Assembly: GCA_047947115.1 (NCBI GenBank)
Contig: CP170459.1
Coordinates: 1,984,001-2,048,000, forward strand
DNA: 64,000 nt
Source of the DNA: Verrucomicrobiota bacterium
GTDB taxonomy: Bacteria > Verrucomicrobiota > Verrucomicrobiia > Limisphaerales > AAA164-E04
Reading direction: 5' to 3'
Shown here: positions 1 to 10,400 of the stretch, piece after piece
Numbering within the stretch: the first letter of the stretch is position 1
How the letters are laid out: each line of letters begins with the position of its first letter
Program-made: the position numbers and the translations under genes
Notes under the pieces: generated by a model
Seen by the model: the letters and a program-made list of their open reading frames with translations, nothing else
What the model was told of the DNA's origin: nothing
Database searches by the model: none

Positions 1-718
1 GGCCAACGGAGAGGTCATGGCCGAACCCCCCGTTTTGATTTCCCTCGGTCTTTTCGTTCACTTTTTTCTCAAGCTATGGGTGGCTTCCGAGGCCGCTTCA
101 GTCATCGCTGAAGATCGCCGTACGGGGGCGTTGGAACTGGTGGTAACCACGCCCCTGGGGGCAAGAGGTATCGTGAACGGTATTTTCAAAGCCTCCTTGC
201 TGCAGTTTTGGAAGCCGGTGTGTTTGTTGATTGCCGCCGAATTGATGCTGGTGTTCACCTTGGCGGCACCTGATCGCCAATTGAATCTTCCTTTGGCACG
301 ATCCGCCTATGTGGCATCCATGTTGATGCTGGTGGTCGACATGGCATCCATCGGTTGGGTGGCGATCTGGTATGCTCTGAAAACCGGGAGCACCCATAAG
401 GCCATCGGTCGCTCGGTTGTCTGGATGCTGGCAGTGCCATGGATTGTTTATCTGCTGGCCAGACCGATATGGGATTACCTTTGGTTTCCGCTCGTACAAT
501 GGTGGGTGGAGGATTCATTTCCGGCAGGTTCATCTCAACCTCGATCCTACCATTCCAGGGCATTCGATGAACAAATGATGTATGGTCGTGTCGTGTTCTG
601 GTGTCTCCTTGGTATGGGTTGGAATTATTGGTTTGCCTGGAAACGCATGCGGGGAAACGTGCTGGGGCAGTTCCAGACGATGGTCTCCGAATCGGGTATT
701 CAAAAATCCAAGGATTGA
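1..718 (+). CDS. ABC-2-type transporter permease-like membrane protein, 5'-truncated by the window edge
   Basis: Frame is open from base 2; several hydrophobic helices; E-x-R-x-G-x-L-E-L-x-x-x-T-P motif (EDRRTGALELVVTTPL) typical of ABC-2 permeases. Confidence 0.65.
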   Translation, partial: ANGEVMAEPPVLISLGLFVHFFLKLWVASEAASVIAEDRRTGALELVVTTPLGARGIVNGIFKASLLQFWKPVCLLIAAELMLVFTLAAPDRQLNLPLARSAYVASMLMLVVDMASIGWVAIWYALKTGSTHKAIGRSVVWMLAVPWIVYLLARPIWDYLWFPLVQWWVEDSFPAGSSQPRSYHSRAFDEQMMYGRVVFWCLLGMGWNYWFAWKRMRGNVLGQFQTMVSESGIQKSKD

Positions 719-743
719 GAGTGTGGCTTCCGTGTAAGGGAGA

Positions 744-1604
744 TCACGTTCCAGGCCACTCCTTGCGGATCGATTCGGGAGTTTGACCAGCTTCTCTCAG
801 TGCCTGCAAGCTCAGCGATTGATGGCGCTTTGCCAGCCGGTTGCCTTGTTCGTCCATCATCAGCGGGCAATGAAAAAAAGCAGGGGCTTCCCATTGGAGG
901 GCGTCATACAGGAGTAGTTGGCGAGCGGTGGACACGAGTAGATCTTCCCCTCTGACCACTTCAGTGATCCTCATCATGTGGTCGTCGACCACAACTGCCA
1001 GTTGGTAGGACGGGACCTCGTCGGCGCGCCATAAAACAAAGTCTCCAAAATCGGTGCCCGATACAAAGTCGCATGGTCCCTTGCGCCCATCTTCAAAGCC
1101 GACCCGAACTCCGTCCGGTACTTTAAATCTCCAACAGTATTGTTGCTTGGCCGGTGGTGAGGTTTTTGTCCGATGCGGAGGGCGGCAGGTACCTGGGTAA
1201 ATGATTTCGTCATCCGCGGCGTGGGGTGCTCGAACGGCCTGCTCGATGTCTTTTCGGGAGCAATGGCAACGGTAGGCTGCGCCGATGCTAATGAGCCGAT
1301 CCAGCGCTTCCCTGTAATGGGGGATGCGTTGGCTTTGATAGTAGGGCGCGTGCAGACTGTGGGGCAGATCGGGCCCTTCGTCCCATGAGAATCCAAACCA
1401 CTTCAGGTCCTCGATACAGCCTGCCACAAACTCCGGTTTGCAACGTGCCTTGTCGATGTCCTCGATCCTGAGCAGGAGCTGTCCCCCTCGATCCCTGGCT
1501 CGTTCTTGAGCTTTCCAGAATGTGGCAGCATGTCCGGAGTGCAGCCGTCCGGTGGGAGTGGGAGCGATGCGGCCGCGATAGGTCTTGTCCTTGGGATACG
1601 GCAC
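744..1604 (-). CDS. gluQ: tRNA glutamyl-Q(34) synthetase GluQRS
   Basis: RIAPTPTGRLHSGH (HIGH-like), LRIEDID, CxC zinc site, YQLAVVVDD, RGEDL, RLAKR; short GluRS paralog without an anticodon domain. Likely start is GTG 1604; the ORF-track start 1697 lies inside the upstream gene. Confidence 0.9.
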   Translation of the reverse strand: MPYPKDKTYRGRIAPTPTGRLHSGHAATFWKAQERARDRGGQLLLRIEDIDKARCKPEFVAGCIEDLKWFGFSWDEGPDLPHSLHAPYYQSQRIPHYREALDRLISIGAAYRCHCSRKDIEQAVRAPHAADDEIIYPGTCRPPHRTKTSPPAKQQYCWRFKVPDGVRVGFEDGRKGPCDFVSGTDFGDFVLWRADEVPSYQLAVVVDDHMMRITEVVRGEDLLVSTARQLLLYDALQWEAPAFFHCPLMMDEQGNRLAKRHQSLSLQALREAGQTPESIRKEWPGT

Positions 1605-1609
1605 GGGGT

Positions 1610-2461
1610 TTAAAAAGGTTCTTCCGCGTGCTCTTTCAGCCATTGGGTAAACGAAGGGAGGGGAAAGGACAGGATTTGACTGGCCTTGTCGCAGCAAAGA
1701 GAGGTGTCAGGTGCACGCGGTGGACCATTGTAATCTTTCAACCTTCCCGCCAGGATGTTGCCGTGAGACTCCCCCCAACGTTCGGTCAACACTCGGCCAA
1801 TGTCATACCGGGATAATTTTTCGGCTCCAGCGATATGGAATATGCCGGATGCTTTGACGGCAAGTAACTCCCAAAGCGCGCGTGCCGTGACTTTGGCGGC
1901 CATGGGGCTGCGGTATTCGTCCGTAAAAAGATTCATCGTTTGACCGTTTCGCAGCACGCGACGCAGTTCTTCATTGAACCCCCGATCGCCTGTTGGGGAT
2001 TGTCCTCCATTCAAGGAGGTGCGGATCACGGTATGGTTTGGATTGCGGAGGACCAGCTCTTCGGCCAGTGCTTTGGTTTCGCCGTAAATGCTGAGCGGAT
2101 TGGGCTGATCCGATTCACGGTAGTCTCCTTGTGTTCCGTCAAACACCAGATCAGAGGACAGGAATAGAAAGGGGATGGATTCGGACAGCTGCGCCAGGTG
2201 TTGGGTGAGCGTTACGTTCGTTTGGTGAGCGAGTGCCGGGTTTTGTTGGCAGACGGGACTTTTGCTGATCGCCGCGCAGTGGATGATGCCGGACGGTTGC
2301 TCGGCTTTAAATCGTTCCTCCACTGCTGTGGCATCCAGCAAATCCAAATCCCCGCGGAGAATGCCTACCGCTCGGAAAGTTGAAGGACAGGTCTGCATGA
2401 GGCAATGGCCGATCAACCCGCCTGCACCCGTGATCCAGATGGAAGGGTCAGATGATTTCAT
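1610..2461 (-). CDS. RmlD-like extended SDR oxidoreductase (dTDP-4-dehydrorhamnose reductase family)
   Basis: ITGAGGLIG Rossmann motif, HCAA, SSDLVFDG, PLSIYGETK (YxxxK). Confidence 0.85.
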   Translation of the reverse strand: MKSSDPSIWITGAGGLIGHCLMQTCPSTFRAVGILRGDLDLLDATAVEERFKAEQPSGIIHCAAISKSPVCQQNPALAHQTNVTLTQHLAQLSESIPFLFLSSDLVFDGTQGDYRESDQPNPLSIYGETKALAEELVLRNPNHTVIRTSLNGGQSPTGDRGFNEELRRVLRNGQTMNLFTDEYRSPMAAKVTARALWELLAVKASGIFHIAGAEKLSRYDIGRVLTERWGESHGNILAGRLKDYNGPPRAPDTSLCCDKASQILSFPLPSFTQWLKEHAEEPF

Positions 2462-3410
2462 GTTCCTTCTTAGACGGTGCAGCTCCTTTCAGGCTGCGAA
2501 TAAATTTGCCAAGTGTCTCATTGGTGGGGCCGTATCCGTCACGGTAGATGTGGAATTCCAGATCGTGCAAAAGTTGTTCGGCTGACGCGTATCGTTTCTC
2601 GATCTTGCGTTCCAGCAAGCGTTGGAGAATGATGTTCAAGTCCTTCGTGACGAGTCTGGATTCACTGCAAAAATCCGGAATGGGCATATGGAGGACATTG
2701 TTCCTGGAATCCGAGGCGCTTTCACCGGTGAATGGATTGCGCCCCAGAAGCAGGCAGGCCAGGACGATGCCGGTGGAGAAAAGGTCGGATCGTGCGTCTG
2801 TGATACCGAAATCCGCCTGTTCCGGACTCATGAAATCCGCTTTGCCTGCCGCTACTTCGCCTTCCTGATCGATGAGGTAGCCAGCAGCTTTGGCAATACC
2901 GAAATCGGTCAGTTTGACATCCCCTTCATAGGCCACCATGACGTTTTTTAAACTCACATCCCGGTGAACAATGTTCAGAGGCTCACATTTTATGTTGGTT
3001 TTTTGATGGGCGTAGGCGAGTCCGCGAGCAATCCGGCTGGTAATGAACACGGCGAGTTCGGGGGGAAGAGTGCGTCCATTGGCTTCCACCAATCGAAGAA
3101 ACTGTTCGAGGTTCATGCCTTGGATGAATTCCATGGCGATGTAGCACATGCCCTGGGATTCTCCGAGGTGATACGTCTGTACGATGTTGGTGTGAATCAG
3201 GTTAGCCACCAACTTGGCTTCACCGATGAAGTTGCTCAGGAACATGGGCTGATCCAGGAAATGTTCGCGGATCAGTTTGATGGCAACAGTTTTGGTAAAA
3301 TCCCTGGCACCATGTTGGCGGGCTTCATAAACGACACCCATTCCGCCTTCAGCTACCTTGCGGACAAGTTCGTAGCGGAAATGATCGTGGATGTTGATGC
3401 ACTCGTTCAT
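2448..3410 (-). CDS. Hanks-type Ser/Thr protein kinase, kinase domain only
   Basis: EGGMGVVY, VAIK, HRDVSLKN, DFG, MSPEQ, DARSDLFS; no TM or sensor region. Confidence 0.95.
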   Translation of the reverse strand: MNECINIHDHFRYELVRKVAEGGMGVVYEARQHGARDFTKTVAIKLIREHFLDQPMFLSNFIGEAKLVANLIHTNIVQTYHLGESQGMCYIAMEFIQGMNLEQFLRLVEANGRTLPPELAVFITSRIARGLAYAHQKTNIKCEPLNIVHRDVSLKNVMVAYEGDVKLTDFGIAKAAGYLIDQEGEVAAGKADFMSPEQADFGITDARSDLFSTGIVLACLLLGRNPFTGESASDSRNNVLHMPIPDFCSESRLVTKDLNIILQRLLERKIEKRYASAEQLLHDLEFHIYRDGYGPTNETLGKFIRSLKGAAPSKKEHEII

Positions 3411-3491
3411 GGTAAACCTTGCCGGCGGCTTTCAATCCAAAGTATACCGACGTTGCCCGAATGTTTACCCGTTGCTCAGTCCCCGGTCAAA

Positions 3492-3665
3492 TCAAGAGTC
3501 GGACCTTTGATGTGAAATCAGGGCAATGGCGGGTTTTTCTGTCATTACTTCACTTAGCAGGATCCACACTGATTTTGCATGCTCCTCTTCGCACTGCATG
3601 ATGTCTTGGTATAAATGGACCAAGTTGTCTTCATTTGTATCCAAATGATGGAGTTCGGCGCTCAT
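3492..3665 (-). CDS. putative 57-aa small protein, below the ORF-track cutoff
   Basis: Manual translation MSAELHHLDTNEDNLVHLYQDIMQCEEEHAKSVWILLSEVMTEKPAIALISHQRSDS*; purine-rich AAGGGAA upstream; TTGACA at 3786-3781 on the minus strand; fills an otherwise empty 440-bp gap, co-oriented with its neighbours. Confidence 0.5.
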   Translation of the reverse strand: MSAELHHLDTNEDNLVHLYQDIMQCEEEHAKSVWILLSEVMTEKPAIALISHQRSDS

Positions 3666-3847
3666 AATTTTTCATTCCCTTGGGCTGGTGTCCCCTTGTT
3701 TTCGACTGACGGGGCGCCCTCATGTATTATCGGAATAATCGACCCTGAAACTGAGTGATTAATTTCCCTCATGGGTGCGTTGTCAAAGGGGAACGATTTG
3801 TGCATCCCGAAAGTGTTCCCTTGCCGGGTAATGCATTGGGGAATAGA

Positions 3848-5410
3848 TTATTTTGCAAATTCAATGCAACGGGTCTCGCGAATGACGGTGATGCGAATCT
3901 GGCCGGGATATTGTATTTCGTCCTCGATTTTTCGGGCGAGTTTCCTGGATAGATTGAAAGCCTGCTCATCCGTGATCTGGTCCGGTGACACAATCACTCT
4001 CATTTCACGGCCCGCCTGCACTGCGTAGCATTTTTCCACACCCTCAAAGGACTTGCCGATGCTTTCCAGATTCTGCAATCGCTGGATGTAGGTCGTCATG
4101 CTTTCCGATCTGGCGCCTGGGCGGGATGCGCTGATGGCGTCTGCTGCGCTGACCAAAATACCGTAGACGGATGTGTGAGGTACTTCATCGTGATGCGCCG
4201 CCACCGCGTTGACGACCGGATCCTTTTCCCCGTGGGTTCGGATGAATTCGGCCCCAATCACGGCATGGGATCCTTCCATATCGTGTTTGATTGCCTTGCC
4301 GATGTCATGGAGGAGTCCTGATTTTTTCGCATCTGTGATGTCGAGGCCTAGCTCCGTGGCCATCAAACCGGTCAAATGAGCGACTTCCACCGAATGATTG
4401 AGCACATTCTGCGAGAAGCTGTTTCGGAAGTGAAGCCTGCCCAGTGTTTTGACCACTTCGGGGTGGAGCGGGGGAATTCCGGTCCTGTAAATGGCTTCTT
4501 CACCCAGTCGGGTGACGGTTTCCTCAATCTCTTCCTCCACTTTGTGGACCACTTCCTCAATTCTGGAAGGATGGATACGACCGTCTGCGATGAGCCGGCT
4601 CATGGCCTCTCTCGCAATTTCTCTTCGGACAGGGTCAAAGGCGGACAAAACAACGGCGTTAGGGGTGTCGTCAATCAGGACGGTGACGCCGGTGGCTGCC
4701 TCAAAGGAGCGGATATTCCGCCCTTCACGTCCTATGATGCGCCCTTTGATGTCGTCCCCGGTGAGGGCAACTGTGGAGGTGGTACAATCAAAGGTGTGTT
4801 CCCCGGCAAATCTCTGAATAGCCAGCGTGATCACCTTGCGAGCCTCTCCTTCAGCATCGCGCTTGGCTTCTTCCATCAGTTTTCGACTCAGATCTTGTGC
4901 GTCCTTCAGGGTGGATTGTTCGACCTCCTTGAGAATCAGTTCGCGTGCTTCGGTCTCGGACAGGCGGCCGATGTTTTCGAGGTCGGTACGGCGTTGCTCG
5001 GTGAGTTGATTCAATTCCTGCTGTTTTAAGGAGATGTCTTCTTGTTGTTTCAGCAGGTTGGATTGTTGGTTTTGCAGCATTTTTTCCTGATTCACCAAAC
5101 CTTCCAACTGACGGTTGATCAGGGATTCTCGTTCGTTGAGGCGTGCTTCCTTTTGCGAAAACTCATTGCGCTGTGAGTCCAGCTCCTGTTGGACCCTTTG
5201 ACGAAGAGATTTTGTCTCGGTTCTGGCCTGGTCGTTGGCTTTGGACAATAACAGCGCCGCATCCGCTTCCGCCTGTTTGAGAAGCGACGCTTTGTCCTGC
5301 TGCCATTTTCGCTGCTGGTTCTGAGTCCAGAAATAGCTGAAAATGCAACCAAGTAGGGCTCCGCATGCCAGCCACAGCAGGGAGTCCGTGTTCCATTCGG
5401 CAATAAACAT
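3848..5410 (-). CDS. rny: ribonuclease Y
   Basis: N-terminal TM helix, long coiled coil, KH domain (KGRIIGREGRNIR), HD domain (LLHDIGK, ADAISASRPGAR), YPGQIRITVIRE terminus; start placed at ATG 5410. Confidence 0.97.
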   Translation of the reverse strand: MFIAEWNTDSLLWLACGALLGCIFSYFWTQNQQRKWQQDKASLLKQAEADAALLLSKANDQARTETKSLRQRVQQELDSQRNEFSQKEARLNERESLINRQLEGLVNQEKMLQNQQSNLLKQQEDISLKQQELNQLTEQRRTDLENIGRLSETEARELILKEVEQSTLKDAQDLSRKLMEEAKRDAEGEARKVITLAIQRFAGEHTFDCTTSTVALTGDDIKGRIIGREGRNIRSFEAATGVTVLIDDTPNAVVLSAFDPVRREIAREAMSRLIADGRIHPSRIEEVVHKVEEEIEETVTRLGEEAIYRTGIPPLHPEVVKTLGRLHFRNSFSQNVLNHSVEVAHLTGLMATELGLDITDAKKSGLLHDIGKAIKHDMEGSHAVIGAEFIRTHGEKDPVVNAVAAHHDEVPHTSVYGILVSAADAISASRPGARSESMTTYIQRLQNLESIGKSFEGVEKCYAVQAGREMRVIVSPDQITDEQAFNLSRKLARKIEDEIQYPGQIRITVIRETRCIEFAK

Positions 5411-5424
5411 TTCATGTTCACTCG

Positions 5425-6039
5425 CTAGAGAGCGGCTTTCACCGGTCCTTCGGGAGTGATGATCCAATCCATTTTCTGATCCAAAGTTTCATGCGGAACC
5501 AATTCAACATACTGATAGTCGAATGCCATACCACATCGAATTCCACCCAGGCTCGCCAACATGCGATCATAAAAACCTTTCCCCCTGCCCAGACGCCATC
5601 CTCGGCTATCAAACGCCAAACCGGGGACCAACGTCAAGTCCGGGTGTAAGCCTTCCGCTTTTGGGCAGTGATCTGCGGGCTCGGGGATGCCGTATTTTCC
5701 GGGTTGCAGGTCGGTGGAAATATTCCTGACTCGGATGGGATGATAAGTCCGGGTTGAGGCCTCGAAACGGGGCAAAAAGAGCTGTTTGCCCTCATCCATG
5801 ATTTCCTTGAGCAAGGGGAAAATATCCGGTTCATCCTTCATGGGGACAAAGGCAAATATCTGTGTGCTCGATTTCCAAATCGAATGTTCCTTGAGATGGT
5901 TTATTATGGAAGAAGATTGAGCCAGGCGAAAGGTTGGGGGCAATTGTGAAGCCCTTTTGCGCTGGCTCTGACGCAAGTGAGCTTTGGCCTGTCCAATTGC
6001 CTGGCATTCATCAAAAGTCTTCTTTGCATCCCTTTCCAC
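5425..6039 (-). CDS. 5-formyltetrahydrofolate cyclo-ligase (YgfA/Fau family)
   Basis: YGIPEP, LVPGLAFD, RLGRGKGFYDR, VPHE..D..MDWIIT. Confidence 0.93.
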   Translation of the reverse strand: MERDAKKTFDECQAIGQAKAHLRQSQRKRASQLPPTFRLAQSSSIINHLKEHSIWKSSTQIFAFVPMKDEPDIFPLLKEIMDEGKQLFLPRFEASTRTYHPIRVRNISTDLQPGKYGIPEPADHCPKAEGLHPDLTLVPGLAFDSRGWRLGRGKGFYDRMLASLGGIRCGMAFDYQYVELVPHETLDQKMDWIITPEGPVKAAL

Positions 6040-6157
6040 GTAGGATAGGATAAGATCTAGGTGCGTTGAAAATCGATTCTAATTTGAACAATATCGAGTT
6101 TTTTGGTGTCCTATATAAACGCTAATTGTAATCTTCCATTAGAGAGTTTCAGAACGA

Positions 6158-6943
6158 ATGAAATCAAATTTCAATCCAATCACCCTGCTCACATGTTTGA
6201 CGCTGCTCAGCACGGGTGTGGCTGGTCTGGCGCAGGAAAAGATCCGACAAGCAAAACCACATCCTGAACAGATTGAGTTGCGTGAGATGAAGCAGAAAGT
6301 TTCCGAAATGCGGAAAAAGGCCGTAAAACTCAAGGAGATGGGCCGTATGGAAGATTCCGAAGCCCTAGCCGGTGAGGCGAAGAAGTTGTATGCTCAACTT
6401 CAAGAACGAGTTGAGAAAGTGTCAAGCCGTCGGGAGAAGGATGCTGAAGCCAAAAAGCGGACTGCCCGCGAATTGGCGAAAAATCTGGAGCATCGTATGG
6501 AAGCGTCGCGCAGGAGGTCTGAGGGTCATGGGGAACGTGTCGTAGAACGAGTCATTGTCAGAGATCATCGAGACGGCGGGCACGATGACTTTCGCGAACG
6601 AGGTTCGGAAAGGCGCCCTGAGATGAGAGAGATTTCACCGGAAGATCATGTTCGCCTGGCCATTGAAAATTTGCATGCGGCCGGTTGGCATGAAGTTGCA
6701 GAGCGCGTGGAGCAGGAGTTTCACCACCGCATGGAAGAACATCACGCCCGTGAACAAGGGCATGGTGGGCCTGATCTGCACCGCATGATGGAAGCTGTTG
6801 AACGTCGTTTTGAAGAAATGGCACATCGTTTTGAAGACGTTCATCGCCAATTCGAGCACCTCGGACAGGCTGTTGGTGAATCGCATGCACGCATTGATCG
6901 GTTGGAGCAGCATCTGCGTGAGCGTGAAGAGCATAGAGAATGA
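6158..6943 (+). CDS. secreted Glu/Arg/His-rich coiled-coil hypothetical protein
   Basis: Sec signal peptide (…GVAGLA-QE); helical, highly charged body; followed by a strong terminator. Confidence 0.75.
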   Translation: MKSNFNPITLLTCLTLLSTGVAGLAQEKIRQAKPHPEQIELREMKQKVSEMRKKAVKLKEMGRMEDSEALAGEAKKLYAQLQERVEKVSSRREKDAEAKKRTARELAKNLEHRMEASRRRSEGHGERVVERVIVRDHRDGGHDDFRERGSERRPEMREISPEDHVRLAIENLHAAGWHEVAERVEQEFHHRMEEHHAREQGHGGPDLHRMMEAVERRFEEMAHRFEDVHRQFEHLGQAVGESHARIDRLEQHLREREEHRE

Positions 6944-6998
6944 TTTTCCTAATCCCTCTTGATTCGGATTATCTTGCTGTCCGGATCATGTCAGTTGG

Positions 6999-7031
6999 CA
7001 GGCGCATCCGAAACCGGATGCGCCTGTTTTT
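6999..7031 (+). terminator. intrinsic terminator
   Basis: 12-bp perfect stem CAGGCGCATCCG-AAAC-CGGATGCGCCTG followed by TTTTT. Confidence 0.85.
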
Positions 7032-7081
7032 GTTAGTGGCAAGTTGACAGCAATGAATTCTTGAGGCAGCGTGAGAGCGTT

Positions 7082-7291
7082 ATGAATCTGGGGCTTACAT
7101 TCCTCATTTGGATGGTGCTGTTCGTTCTTTGCTGGCCGCTGGCTTTACTGGCTCTGGTATTGTTTCCGATAATCTGGCTCCTGGCCCTTCCGTTCAGGCT
7201 GGTCGGTATGACAGTTGAGGCACTCTTTGCCCTGTTGAAATCCATCCTCCTCCTGCCGGCGAGGCTTCTTGGGTGGAAGCCTGCTTGCTGA
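7082..7291 (+). CDS. small hydrophobic membrane protein (69 aa)
   Basis: Leu/Pro-periodic hydrophobic sequence (LCWPLALLALVLFPIIWLLALPFRLVG…LLLPARLLG); ATG at 7082. Confidence 0.7.
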   Translation: MNLGLTFLIWMVLFVLCWPLALLALVLFPIIWLLALPFRLVGMTVEALFALLKSILLLPARLLGWKPAC

Positions 7292-7492
7292 AAGTGACCT
7301 GATTTTTTACAGGCCTCGCGTAAGTCCTCCCGTGAACTTTTCAAGGTCGTCTACAGGTTCCTGATAGGGGTTGGATCTTGTTTCCTTCGTTTTATTGCTT
7401 TGACGCGGCTTTACCCATGTCATAGTTTTGATCCTTTGTCGCTGGCCCCATGGGCTTGGTGCTTTTGACGTAACGGCGCTTATTTCAACGTA

Positions 7493-10400
7493 ATGATTGG
7501 AACGTTTAAAACAGTTTTTAAAAAAGTTTTCGGCACAGCCAACGACCGAGAGGTTCGCAGGTTGAGTCAGATTGTCGGTAAGATCAACGAAATCGAAGCC
7601 ACCCTCAAGGGGTTGTCCGACGACGATTTGAGGCGGAAGACCGCTGAATGGAAAGCCAGGCTTTCCGTCATCGAGGATAATGATCAGCTCGCCAAGGAGT
7701 TGGAAGAAATTATGCCCGAAGCGTTTGCTGTGGTGAAGAACGCTTGCCGGCGTCTCTGCGGTCAGGATGTCATCGTTCGAGGTCATCCCCTTCGCTGGGA
7801 TATGGTTCCTTTCGATGTGCAGTTGATCGGCGGTATGGGGCTCCACACCGGCAAAATTGCCGAAATGGCGACGGGTGAAGGTAAAACTTTGGTAGCCACT
7901 CTCCCTGTCTATCTCAACGCATTGACTGGCCGTGGGGTCCATGTCGTGACGGTGAATGATTATCTGGCCGCTCGTGATAGTGAGTGGATGGGAGCTGTTT
8001 ACAGATTTCTTGGTTTGACGGTCGGGTGCATTGTGCATGACCAGCCCCCTCAGGTTCGGCGGGAGCAATATGCCTGCGATATCACTTACGGAACCAATTC
8101 TGAATTTGGTTTTGACTATCTTCGCGACAACGGTATGGCCACCTCCGCAGAGGAGCAGGTGCAGCGTGGACATTACTTCGCCATTGTGGACGAGGTGGAC
8201 TCCATTCTGATTGACGAGGCCCGTACTCCCTTGATCATCAGTGGGCCGGCAGTGGTCAATACCGATCATAGTTACGATCAACTCAAACCCGCCATCCAAT
8301 CCCTGGTCTCCAGGCAGCAGAAACTCTGCGACCAGTACTTGAAAGAAGCCGAGGATGGACTCAAGAAATTGAATCCGGAAGAAGGCGGCGAACCTGAAGA
8401 CCGCGAGGCATTGGAAGAAGAAGTGGGCTTGCTTCTTTATCGCGCCAAGATGGGGCAACCTCGCGCAGAACGTCTGTTGAGGATACTTGAGAATCCCGAT
8501 AACATCAAAATGATGAATCGGGCGGAGGGTATGCTTCACACAGACCAGACCAAGAAGCAGCTTTATGCCCAGAAAGAATCACTCTTTTTCGCCATGGACG
8601 AAAAAAGCCATGACGCGGATTTGACTGAGAAGGGGCGCGGGTTTCTGAGTCCAGATGATCCGGATGCCTTTGTGTTGCCGGATTTGGCGGAGATTTATCA
8701 TGAGATCGATTCCAACGAGAGTATGGATCTCAAGCAGCGTATGGAGGCCAAAACAAAAGCCCAGGCTGACTTTGAAAAGCAGGCTCAGCGTATTCATACC
8801 ATCTCGCAGCTGCTCAAAGCATATTGCCTCTATCAAAAGGACGTCCAATATGTGGTCCAGAACAATGAAGTCATTATTGTTGATGAGAACACTGGGCGCC
8901 TGATGACCGGCCGCCGGTGGAGTGAAGGGCTTCATCAGGCTGTCGAAGCCAAGGAAGGTGTTGAGATCAAGCGTGAAACACAGACTTACGCCACCATCAC
9001 CATTCAGAATTATTTCCGTATGTATACCAAGCTGGCGGGTATGACCGGCACGGCTGAAACGGAAGCAGGCGAGTTTCTGGACATTTACAATCTGGGTGTG
9101 CTCATTATTCCGACCAATCGTGCTGTGGCGCGGGATGATGCCAACGATTCGGTTTACAAGACCCGTCGTGAGAAATATCAGGCGGTGGTGAATGAAATTA
9201 AGGAGATTCACGCGAAAGGACGTCCTATTCTGGTGGGAACCATTTCGGTTGAGGTCAGTGAACTGATTGGTCGCCTGTTGAAAAAGGAAGGTATCATACA
9301 TTCTGTCCTGAACGCCAAATACCATCAGCAGGAAGCCGAAATTGTCACTCGGGCAGGCCAGCGCGGTGGTGTGACTATTGCCACCAACATGGCTGGTCGC
9401 GGGACCGATATTAAACTCGGCGAAGGTGTCGCGGAGTTGGGTGGTCTGCACGTTATCGGGACCGAACGTCATGAATCGCGTCGTATTGATCGCCAGTTGC
9501 GAGGTCGTTGTGCGCGTCAGGGGGATCCGGGGTCTTCCCACTTCTTTATTTCACTCGAAGATGATTTGATGCGCCTTTTCGGGTCGGACCGCATTGTCAA
9601 GGTGATGGAGCGGGTCGGGCTTGAGGAAGGGCAGGAACTGGAGCATCCGTTGTTGAATCGTTCCATCGGAACGGCTCAGAAACGCGTAGAGCAGCATAAC
9701 TTCCAGATTCGTAAACGTACGCTCGAATACGACGACGTGATGAACAAGCAGCGCGAAATCATTTATGGTTTCCGCAGTGAGGTGTTGAATTCCGATAATG
9801 TCCAGGACCAGTTGATGGACATCATGGAAGAAGTGACGGTGCAAAAAGTCCAGCAATTTTCTTCCGGCACCGAAGATGTTCGAGACTGGAATCTCCGGGG
9901 TTTGTCCGACTGGATCAATTTGAACTTTCCTTTGGGGATGCCTGAGGAGGAGTTGACCAAGGCGGCCGATGCAGGAAAAGAAGAACCAGTTGCCGGGAGT
10001 TTGTTTGATGGAATGAGTCCGGCCCAATTTGCTGTTGCCACGTTTATTTCCGACGCTGTGCGTGAGGCATATGAACTTAAAATCAGTGTCGAGAACGCAG
10101 ATGCCCTCAAGTCCATGGAGCGGTTCACCATCCTAAGCGCCATCGACAAACTCTGGCAGGAGCACCTCTACAGCATGGATGGACTTCGGAACAGCATCGG
10201 TCTGCGTGCTTATGGTCAGCGAGATCCACTTATCGAGTACAAGAGTGAAGCCTTCAAGATTTTCGATGAACTGATGGTGAACATCAAGACCGAGATTTGC
10301 CACAATATCTTCCGCAGCGCATCCAGTCTGATGGCATTCCAGCAATTCTTGAGCAAATTGCCACAGCGTACGGTGCATCAGGATGCGACAGCTTTTGAGC

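Noticed and set aside
5411..6157. 6S RNA expected near the 5-formyl-THF cyclo-ligase and rny genes
   Set aside because: The gap between the two genes is only 14 bp, and the 118-bp AT-rich region upstream is too short and shows no long hairpin.
7307..9541. Long antisense ORFs (410 aa and 320 aa) opposite secA
   Set aside because: Shadow frames produced by codon bias of a conserved gene; no motifs and atypical composition.
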